From positions 1 through 35,953 of the forward strand of contig CAZISZ010000002.1 in NCBI GenBank assembly GCA_964542035.1: 35,953 nucleotides of DNA. Direction: 5' to 3'. The translations under genes were made by a program, and so were the position numbers. Each line of letters opens with the position of its first letter. The stretch's first letter is position 1. This document shows, piece after piece, positions 9,133-16,983 of the stretch. This DNA is from an uncultured Ruminococcus sp. (GTDB taxonomy: Bacteria > Bacillota > Clostridia > Oscillospirales > CAG-272). The notes under the pieces are model-generated. The model was given only the letters and a program-made list of their open reading frames with translations, had not been told where the DNA came from and made no database searches.

Positions 9133-10257
9133 ATGTCGAATATTTATGTAACAGAGGTGAAAACACGGGCGGATGTGCGTGCGTTTGTGCGTTTTCCGTT
9201 GGAGCTGTACCGCTCCTGCCCTTATTTTGTGCCGCCGCTTTACGGCGACGAAATGAAACTCGTATCGACCGGGGGAGATACGAAAAGTTCGGATTCGGTG
9301 TTTTTTCTTGCCACCCGCGACGGCAAGACCGTAGGGCGCATACAGGGTATAATCCAACATCAATACAATAAAATACACAGTGCGGCGCAGGTACGCTTTA
9401 CAAGGTTTGATTCCATTGACGATACCGAAGTGTCGCGCGCGCTGTTCGGAGCGGTCGAAAAATGGGGACGCGAGCGCGGCATGCGCGAAATGTGCGGTCC
9501 GCTGGGATACAGCGATCTTGACCGCGAGGGATTGCTTATCGACGGCTTCGGTGAGAATTCCACTTTTGAGGAGCAGTATAATTATGAATATTATGCCGCG
9601 CTTTGTGAGGATTTCGGACTTGCTCGCGATGCCGATTGGCTTGAATACGAACTGCGCCGTCCAAGCGAGCGCAACCGGATGCTCTCTCGCGTGGCTGAAA
9701 GAACGCTTGAACTCAATCATCTGCACGTTGCGGACACAAGATTGTCGAAGCGCAAATATATAGAAAAATATCGCGACGGCTTTTTTGAATGTCTTGATAG
9801 GTGTTACAGCCATCTTTACGGTACCGTTCCTCTCACGCGCGCCGAGCAGGATGAGCTGATATCACAGTTCATGCTTATCGTCAACAAGGAATACGCCGTT
9901 TTCATTTGCGATGAATCCGAGCGCGTGGTGGCGTTCGGTCTCTGCTTCCCGGGTATCGGCGACGCTGTGAAAAAAAGCGGTGGGAGGTTGACACCGGCAA
10001 CACTTTGTCGTATAATAAAGACGGTAAAGAACCCCCAAACCATTGATCTCGGTTTGGTGGCTGTATTGCCGGAATATCAAAACGCGGCAATAAACGCCGT
10101 TGTGCTTGATCGCTTGCTTGATGTGCTTGAGAGCGGCGAGGTGGAGCGGTGCGAGACCAATTTGAATCTTGAGGATAATACGGCGGTGCAGGCGCAATGG
10201 AAATACTTTGATTCGCGCAGGCACAAAAAAAGAAGATCGTACAAAAAGGAAATTTAA
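9133..10257 (+). CDS. GNAT-fold acyltransferase-like protein of unknown function (~370 aa two-lobed family)
   Basis: 374 aa. The start is 3 nt after the degV stop. The N-terminus (VRFPLELYRSCPYFVPPLYGDE, FFLATRDGKTVGRI) and the C-terminus (VLPEYQNAAINAVVL...ETNLNLEDNTAVQAQW) match my recollection of a widespread uncharacterised GNAT-like family. Confidence 0.55.
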   Translation: MSNIYVTEVKTRADVRAFVRFPLELYRSCPYFVPPLYGDEMKLVSTGGDTKSSDSVFFLATRDGKTVGRIQGIIQHQYNKIHSAAQVRFTRFDSIDDTEVSRALFGAVEKWGRERGMREMCGPLGYSDLDREGLLIDGFGENSTFEEQYNYEYYAALCEDFGLARDADWLEYELRRPSERNRMLSRVAERTLELNHLHVADTRLSKRKYIEKYRDGFFECLDRCYSHLYGTVPLTRAEQDELISQFMLIVNKEYAVFICDESERVVAFGLCFPGIGDAVKKSGGRLTPATLCRIIKTVKNPQTIDLGLVAVLPEYQNAAINAVVLDRLLDVLESGEVERCETNLNLEDNTAVQAQWKYFDSRRHKKRRSYKKEI

Positions 10258-10258
10258 T

Positions 10259-10480
10259 ATGCTTGAAAAATTAAAAACTCTGCTTGGTCGCGTGTTGCCC
10301 GATGTTGATATGTCGGGGGTGACCGAGGATACAAGGCTTATAGAAGATCTCGGGTTTGACTCGCTCGCGCTTATGATGCTGTCGATGGAGATAGAAGATG
10401 CGTTCGGTTTTAAGTTTACCGAGTTCGTTCGTTTTGAAACGGTTGGGGACGTTTGCGGATATCTTGAATGCCGCATATAA
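10259..10480 (+). CDS. Acyl/peptidyl carrier protein-like (orphan ACP)
   Basis: 73 aa counted from the ATG at 10259, 1 nt after the preceding stop. It carries a phosphopantetheine-attachment-type motif LGFDSLALMMLSMEIEDAFG with helix-bundle spacing like ACP or DltC. It is not the acidic housekeeping AcpP type. Confidence 0.7.
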   Translation: MLEKLKTLLGRVLPDVDMSGVTEDTRLIEDLGFDSLALMMLSMEIEDAFGFKFTEFVRFETVGDVCGYLECRI

Positions 10481-10539
10481 ATATCCGATTTTAAAACTTC
10501 GTTTTACAATCGGCTAACTTTAAAAATTGGGAGATAAAA

Positions 10540-11451
10540 ATGAAACGCTCGGATATTCGCATACGTGATCCGTTTATTGTAAACGACGGAGGAATCTATT
10601 ACATGTACAGCGCGACCTGCTCGGCTGACGGTCGCACCATAGAAGTATATCGCAGCCGCGATCTTGAAGAATGGGATGATCCCACAGTGGTATACAGACT
10701 TGATACCTCCACATGGCGCGAGCGCGAGCTTTGGGCACCCGAGGTACATAAATACCGCGGCAGGTTTTATCTTTTGCTTTCCATACTTGGTAAAGAGGGA
10801 CTGCGCGGCACGGAGATATCCGTCAGCGATACGCCGGACGGGATGTTTTTGCCCATTTCCGATGCTCCCGCCACGCCTGCCGGGCAGAGCTGTATTGACG
10901 GAACTTTGTGGGTGGACGGCGATCGCCCTTATATGATCTACTCGCACGATTGGCCGGATAATTACGATGCCGAGAGCGATTCATACATCGGTCAGATATG
11001 CGGCGTGGAGCTGAGCGAGGATCTTACACACGAAGTCGGCGAGCCGTTTGTGATGTTTGATTCTTCCGATGTGCCATATTCCGCAGCCGCGCCTTCAAAA
11101 GCCTTGAGAGGCGGCAAAACGCTGACTCGCTACGGTTCCGACGCGCCGTTTATAAACAGGCTGGCAGACGGCAGACTTCTGCTTACATGGTCGCCTTATC
11201 CCGGTAACAATTATGTGGTATTGGGGGCTGTTGCAGAGGATATTCGCGGGCCGTGGCTGCATTTTGAACAACCTATATACGACGGCAACGGCGGTCATGC
11301 AATGTTTTTCCGCGATTTCGGCGGACGTCGCATGATCTGCATGCATCAGCCCGAGCATTGCCCCGATGAGCGAGCAATGATACTGCCGTTGTTGACTTCA
11401 TCCAAGCTTTTTCTGCCGGATGACATAAAAAAACTATTGACGGACGATTGA
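10540..11451 (+). CDS. Glycoside hydrolase family 43 protein (arabinofuranosidase/xylosidase-like), no signal peptide
   Basis: 303 aa with IRDPFIV..GIYYMY, ELWAPEVHKYRGRFYLL and CIDGTLW, typical of five-bladed propeller GH43 enzymes. Confidence 0.8.
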   Translation: MKRSDIRIRDPFIVNDGGIYYMYSATCSADGRTIEVYRSRDLEEWDDPTVVYRLDTSTWRERELWAPEVHKYRGRFYLLLSILGKEGLRGTEISVSDTPDGMFLPISDAPATPAGQSCIDGTLWVDGDRPYMIYSHDWPDNYDAESDSYIGQICGVELSEDLTHEVGEPFVMFDSSDVPYSAAAPSKALRGGKTLTRYGSDAPFINRLADGRLLLTWSPYPGNNYVVLGAVAEDIRGPWLHFEQPIYDGNGGHAMFFRDFGGRRMICMHQPEHCPDERAMILPLLTSSKLFLPDDIKKLLTDD

Positions 11452-11465
11452 TTTAATGATATAAT

Positions 11466-11496
11466 AGGGTCATGATATTATCTTGACCCTGTTTTT
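11466..11496 (+). terminator. Probable intrinsic terminator of the fakA-to-GH43 transcription unit
   Basis: 7-bp stem agggtca/tgaccct with an 11-nt loop, then gTTTTTg, 15 nt after the GH43 stop. Confidence 0.5.
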
Positions 11497-11548
11497 GACG
11501 GATCAAATACGGATATGCCGCCGCAGTGCGGCGGAGGGAGTTTTTAAA

Positions 11549-11704
11549 ATGGTAAAGCAAAGCGTAAAAACCAAAATTACGCGCATCGTGTGCATTGCGT
11601 TGGCTGCCCTTATGGTGGTAGGCGTTGCAGCGGTATTGGTCTACTCCGGATCCGGCGACCATGATCACGATCATGATGAGCTCGCCGTTGCCGTTGCTAT
11701 TTGA
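11549..11704 (+). CDS. Small single-pass membrane protein with an Asp/His-rich tail (hypothetical)
   Basis: 51 aa (MVKQSVKTKITRIVCIALAALMVVGVAAVLVYSGSGDHDHDHDELAVAVAI). A GGAGGGAG RBS lies about 10 nt upstream, and a very strong terminator follows. Confidence 0.45.
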   Translation: MVKQSVKTKITRIVCIALAALMVVGVAAVLVYSGSGDHDHDHDELAVAVAI

Positions 11705-11720
11705 ACGCGGTTTAATAAAA

Positions 11721-11770
11721 GGCTGTCGCCGATGCTTTGAAATCAGCATCGGCGACAGCCTTTTGTTTTT
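11721..11770. terminator. Bidirectional intrinsic terminator
   Basis: Perfect 16-bp stem ggctgtcgccgatgct/agcatcggcgacagcc flanked by an A-run and ttttgttttt. It lies between the small + ORF and the convergent surE. Confidence 0.85.
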
Positions 11771-11791
11771 GCGGTCGTAAACGGCGGATCT

Positions 11792-12556
11792 TTATCCTAT
11801 ATCCTGCCGCAGTGCGGCAAGAAGAGCCGCGTCTGTACGTTCTGTCATGAGCGGAGTTATGGAGATGAAACCGTCGGAGACTGCGTCGGTATCCACGGTG
11901 CTGTTGTGACGGTTTTGAAAAACCTTTACCCCCTCCGGTTTAAACATTCCGTCTCCTATATCGCGAAAAACGTCGCGGTAAAAGGGACCGCCCTGACGTG
12001 TCAGGGTTATCTCCCCCGCCTGCGGAGGTATGTTTATGTTGTAAAGCGTGCCGCGATCAAGCAGTCTGTTTTGCGATATGTAATCCCAAACGCGGTCAAG
12101 CGTCTCGGCGCTTACCGGCGGGGTTGATAAGTCTTCACCGACGGCACGATAGTGGGCGGAAAACGCCAGAGAGCGGCGCCCTAACAAGCCTGATTCAAAC
12201 ACCGCGCCCGCGGTACCGGAATAAACGATGTCGGCACCGAGGTTATAACCGCGGTTGATGCCGGAAAATACAAGGTCAAACCTGCCTTCTGCCGCCTCTA
12301 CGGTTGAAAGACCGAAACGCACGCAATCGGCGGGGGTGGAGTCAACATAATAAACGGCGTGCGCGCCGAGGTAGTCCCCAACCGAGGGGAGTTTTTTTAT
12401 TTCAACCGCATCCGTGATATTGATCGAATGGCTCATGCCGCTCTGTTGACGTTTTGGAGCCACAATCGTAACCTCGCCGAGTTTTTGCGCCCAACGGGCA
12501 AGCGTTTTTATGCCTATCGCGTCAATGCCATCGTCATTGGTAATAAGGATTCTCAC
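11792..12556 (-). CDS. surE: 5'/3'-nucleotidase SurE
   Basis: 254 aa with the classic N-terminus MRILITNDDGIDA and a GINRGYNLG motif. The start overlaps the stop of the upstream DHH gene. Confidence 0.9.
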   Translation of the reverse strand: MRILITNDDGIDAIGIKTLARWAQKLGEVTIVAPKRQQSGMSHSINITDAVEIKKLPSVGDYLGAHAVYYVDSTPADCVRFGLSTVEAAEGRFDLVFSGINRGYNLGADIVYSGTAGAVFESGLLGRRSLAFSAHYRAVGEDLSTPPVSAETLDRVWDYISQNRLLDRGTLYNINIPPQAGEITLTRQGGPFYRDVFRDIGDGMFKPEGVKVFQNRHNSTVDTDAVSDGFISITPLMTERTDAALLAALRQDIG

Positions 12557-13572
12557 TTTACACCTCTGTTTTGCTCTTTAAAATCGCAAAGCATAGCGTC
12601 CGCGTCCGCGAGCAACAGTTCTATTTCTTCGGGAGAATAAAGCGTTGCGCCGCTGGCGCGATCATGTCCGCCGCCGCGATATTTGTTTGCGAGCTTATCT
12701 ACAGTCACATAGCGGGAGCGCAAACGCACGCGGATCGTCTCTCCGTCAGAATTGTCGATAAAAGCTATCCATATCGGTGATCCCTTTATGGAATCAAGAC
12801 AGCTGACGGTTGCGGACGCCTCTTCGTCGCTCAGCGAAAAGCGTTCTTTTATCTCGCGGTTTATATAGATATATGCCACGCCGTTTTTTGTCATTTTGAT
12901 ATTGTCGTAAACGAATGCGCGGAGCTTAAGCGAATCAAGTTCTTCAAGATACAGTTCGGCAAACAGTTCTTCCGTGTCAACACCGCCTTCAAGCATGGCG
13001 GCGGCACAGCGAAGAGTTGCGGGGCTTACACTGCGAAATCTAAAACGTCCGGAATCCGTTACCATGCCGGCATATATCGCCGTGGCAGCCTCGCGTGTGA
13101 GAGTAAGCTCATTTTCGAATGTCATGTAAAAGTCCGCTATCATTTCGCAGGTGGCGCAGCGTTCCTCTTCTACCCACGCAATATCGCCGTAGGGGGCAAT
13201 ATCTATGTGGTGGTCTATCTTTATCACTTCGCAGCCGCGATCCCACCGCTTGTTGGATATGCGTTCAACGGTGGCGGTATCAAGCACGATAATGAGCGCG
13301 GAGGCATAAAAATCATCGTCAGGCTGACCCGATTCGCATCCGAGAAATGCGGTGTAATCGGCATAGTCGGAGTTTACCACGCGCACGTCTTTTGAGGGGA
13401 AGCTTGCGGATATCAAACGCGCAAGTCCCAAAGTTGAGCCCACGGCGTCGCCGTCCGGGCGAATGTGGCGGGAGATGATTATACGGTCGTACTCGCGTAT
13501 TTTGTCAAGTATCAGTCGTTTGGTTTCGTAATTATCGTCGTTGGTTTTATTGTTTGTACGTTCGTCTGACAT
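12553..13572 (-). CDS. DHH/DHHA1 family phosphoesterase (NrnA-like nanoRNase/pAp phosphatase), paralogue 1
   Basis: 339 aa with RHIRPDGDAVGS, VLDTA, KIDHHID and GGGHDRASGA motifs. Confidence 0.8.
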   Translation of the reverse strand: MSDERTNNKTNDDNYETKRLILDKIREYDRIIISRHIRPDGDAVGSTLGLARLISASFPSKDVRVVNSDYADYTAFLGCESGQPDDDFYASALIIVLDTATVERISNKRWDRGCEVIKIDHHIDIAPYGDIAWVEEERCATCEMIADFYMTFENELTLTREAATAIYAGMVTDSGRFRFRSVSPATLRCAAAMLEGGVDTEELFAELYLEELDSLKLRAFVYDNIKMTKNGVAYIYINREIKERFSLSDEEASATVSCLDSIKGSPIWIAFIDNSDGETIRVRLRSRYVTVDKLANKYRGGGHDRASGATLYSPEEIELLLADADAMLCDFKEQNRGVK

Positions 13573-13618
13573 TTTATATTTCTTTCCTTGATTTTGTGTT
13601 CTTGCAGCCGGAATGTTC

Positions 13619-14557
13619 TCAGGCGTTTGACGCCATGGCGTCGAGATCGCCGAGCAATGCCATGGCGTGCTCGCGGTCGGGGAGGGTTGCGCCGCTTGCC
13701 ATGGCGTGACCGCCTCCGCCGTATTTTACGGCTATGGGGTTGATGTTATATTTGTTTGAGCGTATCTCGCAAAGCACGCCGTCATCGGTTTCGGTAAAGT
13801 TTACCCAAATATTTACGCCTCGAACGTCTGACATAACGCCAACCATCCCGCGGGAGGCGGTAAAGGAATCAAGCCCCGATGCCGCAAGTTCGGCGCGGTC
13901 GGTATATATGTATCCTACGCGGTGAGCTGTAAAGCGTACCCGCATAACAAATGAGGCGCGGGCGCGTATCATTTCAAAATCATCGGCATAAAGGGCGGAA
14001 TATATAGCGCCGGTGTCGATTTGCCTATTCATAAGATATGCGGCGCGCTCAAACGTTGCGGCGGTGGTTGAGGAGTAACGAAAACGTCCCGAGTCGGTAA
14101 CCATTCCCGTGTATATAGCCGTTGCGGCGTCATCGGAAAGTTGCCAACCGCACTCGCGGGAAAGTTCGGCTATAAGTCCCGCGCAACTTTCAAAGGAAGT
14201 ATCGACCACTTCGGTGTCCGCTATCTTTTCGATAAAAAGATGGTGGTCTATTCGTACGGTCTCGTCGGCAAGGCGCCAACGATCGTCGGATATCAGCGCG
14301 GGGGATGATGTATCAAGTATTATTGACAACGCGCCGCGATAGTATTCATCGGGGATCTCATGGCATTCGGCACCCGCGATAAAGGCATATCTGCCCGCAG
14401 GGTCGCCTACCGTATAGACTTCCTTGTCGGGCAAGTTGTCCGCAATCAGGCGACATAGCCCCGATTGGCTGCCGATTGCGTCGCCGTCCGGTTTTTTGTG
14501 GCGGTGGATTATTATGCGCGGGTATTTTTGTATTTTAGCCGCTATCTCTTCAAACAT
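13619..14557 (-). CDS. DHH/DHHA1 family phosphoesterase (NrnA-like), paralogue 2
   Basis: 312 aa counted from the ATG at 14557, which has an AGGAG RBS. The longer track ORF to 14713 has no support. Motifs HRHKKPDGDAIGS, ILDTS, RIDHHLF and GGGGHAMASGA are present. Confidence 0.8.
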   Translation of the reverse strand: MFEEIAAKIQKYPRIIIHRHKKPDGDAIGSQSGLCRLIADNLPDKEVYTVGDPAGRYAFIAGAECHEIPDEYYRGALSIILDTSSPALISDDRWRLADETVRIDHHLFIEKIADTEVVDTSFESCAGLIAELSRECGWQLSDDAATAIYTGMVTDSGRFRYSSTTAATFERAAYLMNRQIDTGAIYSALYADDFEMIRARASFVMRVRFTAHRVGYIYTDRAELAASGLDSFTASRGMVGVMSDVRGVNIWVNFTETDDGVLCEIRSNKYNINPIAVKYGGGGHAMASGATLPDREHAMALLGDLDAMASNA

Positions 14558-14706
14558 GTAATTCTCCTGTAAAGCCGCGGAGAGAACGGAAAATGTTGCC
14601 CGCGGTTCTGCTTTTTTGATTTTTGGGAAATCAAATATATTAGATATATCCGAAAGCACGGCGCAAACGGAAAATTGTAAATTTCGGTAAACCCTCGCCC
14701 GCGCCC

Positions 14707-14735
14707 TTGCCAAAGCGAAAAAAATGTTGTATAAT
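14707..14735 (+). promoter_or_regulatory. Sigma-70-type promoter (TTGCCA-17 nt-TATAAT)
   Basis: -35 TTGCCA at 14707-14712, a 17-nt spacer, and -10 TATAAT at 14730-14735. It lies about 85 nt upstream of the CDS starting at 14818. Confidence 0.55.
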
Positions 14736-14817
14736 GGATATAGAATATATATGATAATATATTATAGCGTAAAAACAGATTCGGGTCAAGCCCGAAAAAA
14801 GAGATCGGAGCAAAATA

Positions 14818-15945
14818 ATGAGAAAATACCGTCTGCGCGTAGGACTTGACGTTGACGATACACTTTACGAGTGCAATGCATACGCACTTTCGATAATAAA
14901 TTCCCGCTATCCGGACGAAGCGCCGGTAAGTATAAACGAAATAACCGGGTGGGGGCATTACGGCCGCCACGCGGAGGAGCGCATGGCGCTTTACGGCGAT
15001 CCGGATTTTGTTCGCACGCAACCGGTGATACACGGTGCCAAAAAATTTGTACGCGAACTTTCCCGCCTTGCCGATATATTTTTTATTACTGCCGTACCGC
15101 CGGCATGTATGACGGCGCGCGCCGAGCGCCTTAGAGAGGATTTTCCCGAGGTGCCGCCGGAAAACATAATAATCGGTACGCGCAAGGACGTTATGGCGGT
15201 GGATATATTGCTTGATGACGCAGCTCACAATATATCAAGTTCCCGCGCGGCGTATCCGGTGCTTTTTCGCAAGCCGTGGAACACCGATATGACCGGTCTT
15301 TTGGCGGTTAACAGCTATGACGATTTTTTGCATCTTTGCAAAATGGTGCGAAATTCTTTTACCGAAAAGGTGCCCGATCTTTCGCACGGCGGCGTGGTTT
15401 GCTTGGTTGGACCGTCCGGTTCGCTTAAAAACAAAATCGCGCATGAACTTATGAGTTTTCCGCGCTTTGAAAAGCCGCTTACCTCCACCACACGTCCCTG
15501 CCGCGCGGAAGAAGGCAGTGACGCATACAGGTTTATCACCGAGGAGAAATTTTTGGCGGAAAAAGACGAGGGGAAGTTTATAGAGACCACCGTTTACAGC
15601 AGATATTATTTCGGCACATCCGACAGCGAGATAGCGCCCATTGTCGAGCGAGAGGGGCTGGCCGTGATACCGATTGATATTTGCGGAGCGCTTACGGTCA
15701 AAAATTTATATCGCAACCGCGCCATGCTTGTGTTTTTAAATCGCGAACGCAGCGAGGTGATACTCGATATTATCAGTCGCGATACAAAAGCGGAGGATAA
15801 AATGCGACGCATAATGTCGCTTGATTTTGAATATCGCAATGCCGAAGTGTGCGACTGCGAGATAAGAGTAGGTTCCGATCCCGCGGCAGCCGCCCGTGAG
15901 CTTGTGGAAAAAATAAGATCTGCATCGGCAGGTACAAAAAAATGA
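14818..15945 (+). CDS. Fusion protein: N-terminal HAD-type 5'(3')-deoxyribonucleotidase (NT5C-like), C-terminal guanylate kinase-like domain
   Basis: 375 aa. The N-terminal half has the DxDxT motif (GLDVDDTLYE) and ILLDDAAHNI...LFRKPWN. The C-terminal half has TTRPCRAEEGSDAYRFITEEKF and YYFGTS (guanylate kinase fold), with an atypical P-loop GPSGSLKN. Confidence 0.7.
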   Translation: MRKYRLRVGLDVDDTLYECNAYALSIINSRYPDEAPVSINEITGWGHYGRHAEERMALYGDPDFVRTQPVIHGAKKFVRELSRLADIFFITAVPPACMTARAERLREDFPEVPPENIIIGTRKDVMAVDILLDDAAHNISSSRAAYPVLFRKPWNTDMTGLLAVNSYDDFLHLCKMVRNSFTEKVPDLSHGGVVCLVGPSGSLKNKIAHELMSFPRFEKPLTSTTRPCRAEEGSDAYRFITEEKFLAEKDEGKFIETTVYSRYYFGTSDSEIAPIVEREGLAVIPIDICGALTVKNLYRNRAMLVFLNRERSEVILDIISRDTKAEDKMRRIMSLDFEYRNAEVCDCEIRVGSDPAAAARELVEKIRSASAGTKK

Positions 15946-16805
15946 AACGTTTTTTGATAGTTGACGGTCACAATCTTTTGTTCAGAATGTTTTACGGTAT
16001 GCCATCCCGCATAAATGACAGCACGGGGCAGCCGGTTCATGCCGTTGTTGGGTTTATAGGCGCATACCTTAAGCTTTTGCGCCTCAGTGGCGCCGAGTAT
16101 ACCGCCGTGATATTCGATGGCAAGCACCCGAGCACGAGAATAAAATTGCTGCCCGAGTACAAGATAGGCAGGCGGAATTATTCGGATACTCCGCCGGAGG
16201 GGTCTCCCTACTCGCAGTTACCGCTTATCAAAACTGTGCTTGATGAGCTTCGTGTTTATCATACCGAAACCGCCGAGGGCATGGAGACAGATGACGTTAT
16301 AGCATCCTGTGCCAAAAAGTTCTCCGATACGTTTGAGGTGCTTATAGCTTCGCAGAATCGCGATTTTTTCGGTATTGTAAATGATCGCATTAAGCTGTTT
16401 GACTTTCACGGCGATCAAAGCGTTATCTGGGATGCCGATCACATTCGTCTCCGCTACGGTGTGGATCCCGAGTTTTTTGCCGACTTAAAGGCACTCACCG
16501 GGGATAGATCGGATAATATTCGCGGCGTTACGGGGGTTGGCGAAAAGACCGCCGTGATGCTGATAGCAAGGTTTGGGCATTTTGATACCATACTTAAAAA
16601 TGCCGACAGGATAAAACGCTCAAACGTTCGCGAGGCTATACTTGCCGAGGCTGGCATGGTGCGTAACAATCTGCGCCTGATAAGTCTTACAGACCGCGCG
16701 GTGCCGCCGTTTTCCCAACCGCCGGAGGTTACATTCGATCCTGCCGCCGCTATCACCGTTAATTTGCTTGAGGATGTGGGGATAGTTTTGCAACGCCGTG
16801 CTTAA
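15942..16805 (+). CDS. 5'-3' exonuclease (FEN / Pol I N-terminal domain-like)
   Basis: 287 aa with N-terminus MKRFLIVDGHNLLFRMFY, an acidic-cluster motif, and the H3TH region LTGDRSDNIRGVTGVGEKTA. ATGA overlap with the upstream gene. Confidence 0.85.
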   Translation: MKRFLIVDGHNLLFRMFYGMPSRINDSTGQPVHAVVGFIGAYLKLLRLSGAEYTAVIFDGKHPSTRIKLLPEYKIGRRNYSDTPPEGSPYSQLPLIKTVLDELRVYHTETAEGMETDDVIASCAKKFSDTFEVLIASQNRDFFGIVNDRIKLFDFHGDQSVIWDADHIRLRYGVDPEFFADLKALTGDRSDNIRGVTGVGEKTAVMLIARFGHFDTILKNADRIKRSNVREAILAEAGMVRNNLRLISLTDRAVPPFSQPPEVTFDPAAAITVNLLEDVGIVLQRRA

Positions 16806-16852
16806 GTGACATATAATCGCATGCGCAAATAAAAAAGAATAAAACAGTAAAA

Positions 16853-16886
16853 AGCTCGGATGCCTAAAAGCATCCGAGCTTTTTTG
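16853..16886. terminator. Bidirectional intrinsic terminator
   Basis: 11-bp perfect stem agctcggatgc/gcatccgagct flanked by an A-run and TTTTTT, between convergent genes. Confidence 0.8.
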
Positions 16887-16983
16887 ATTTCGGCTGATGT
16901 TTTTACGTGATCAGAGATCTGTATTTTTTCGGCGCGAAAGCGCGAATATGTATCTCTTTGTGTGAATTCCGTATGCGTGAATT

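Noticed and set aside
8521-9813. 430-aa ORF on the minus strand, the longest unassigned ORF in the track
   Set aside because: It runs antisense across the boundary of two well-supported plus-strand genes (degV and the GNAT-like gene). Its translation is low-complexity (R/K/I/F rich) with no motifs and no RBS. It is a typical shadow ORF.
10169-10258. Longer version of the carrier-protein ORF, overlapping the GNAT-like gene
   Set aside because: The extension is an out-of-frame read-through of the preceding gene's 3' end (RRCRRNGNTLIRAG...). The ATG at 10259 gives a normal ACP-sized protein.
14558-14713. 52-aa N-terminal extension of the second DHH gene
   Set aside because: The internal ATG at 14557 has an AGGAG RBS and gives the usual DHH N-terminus (…KYPRIIIHRHKKPDGD). 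The extension would run through the divergent promoter region.
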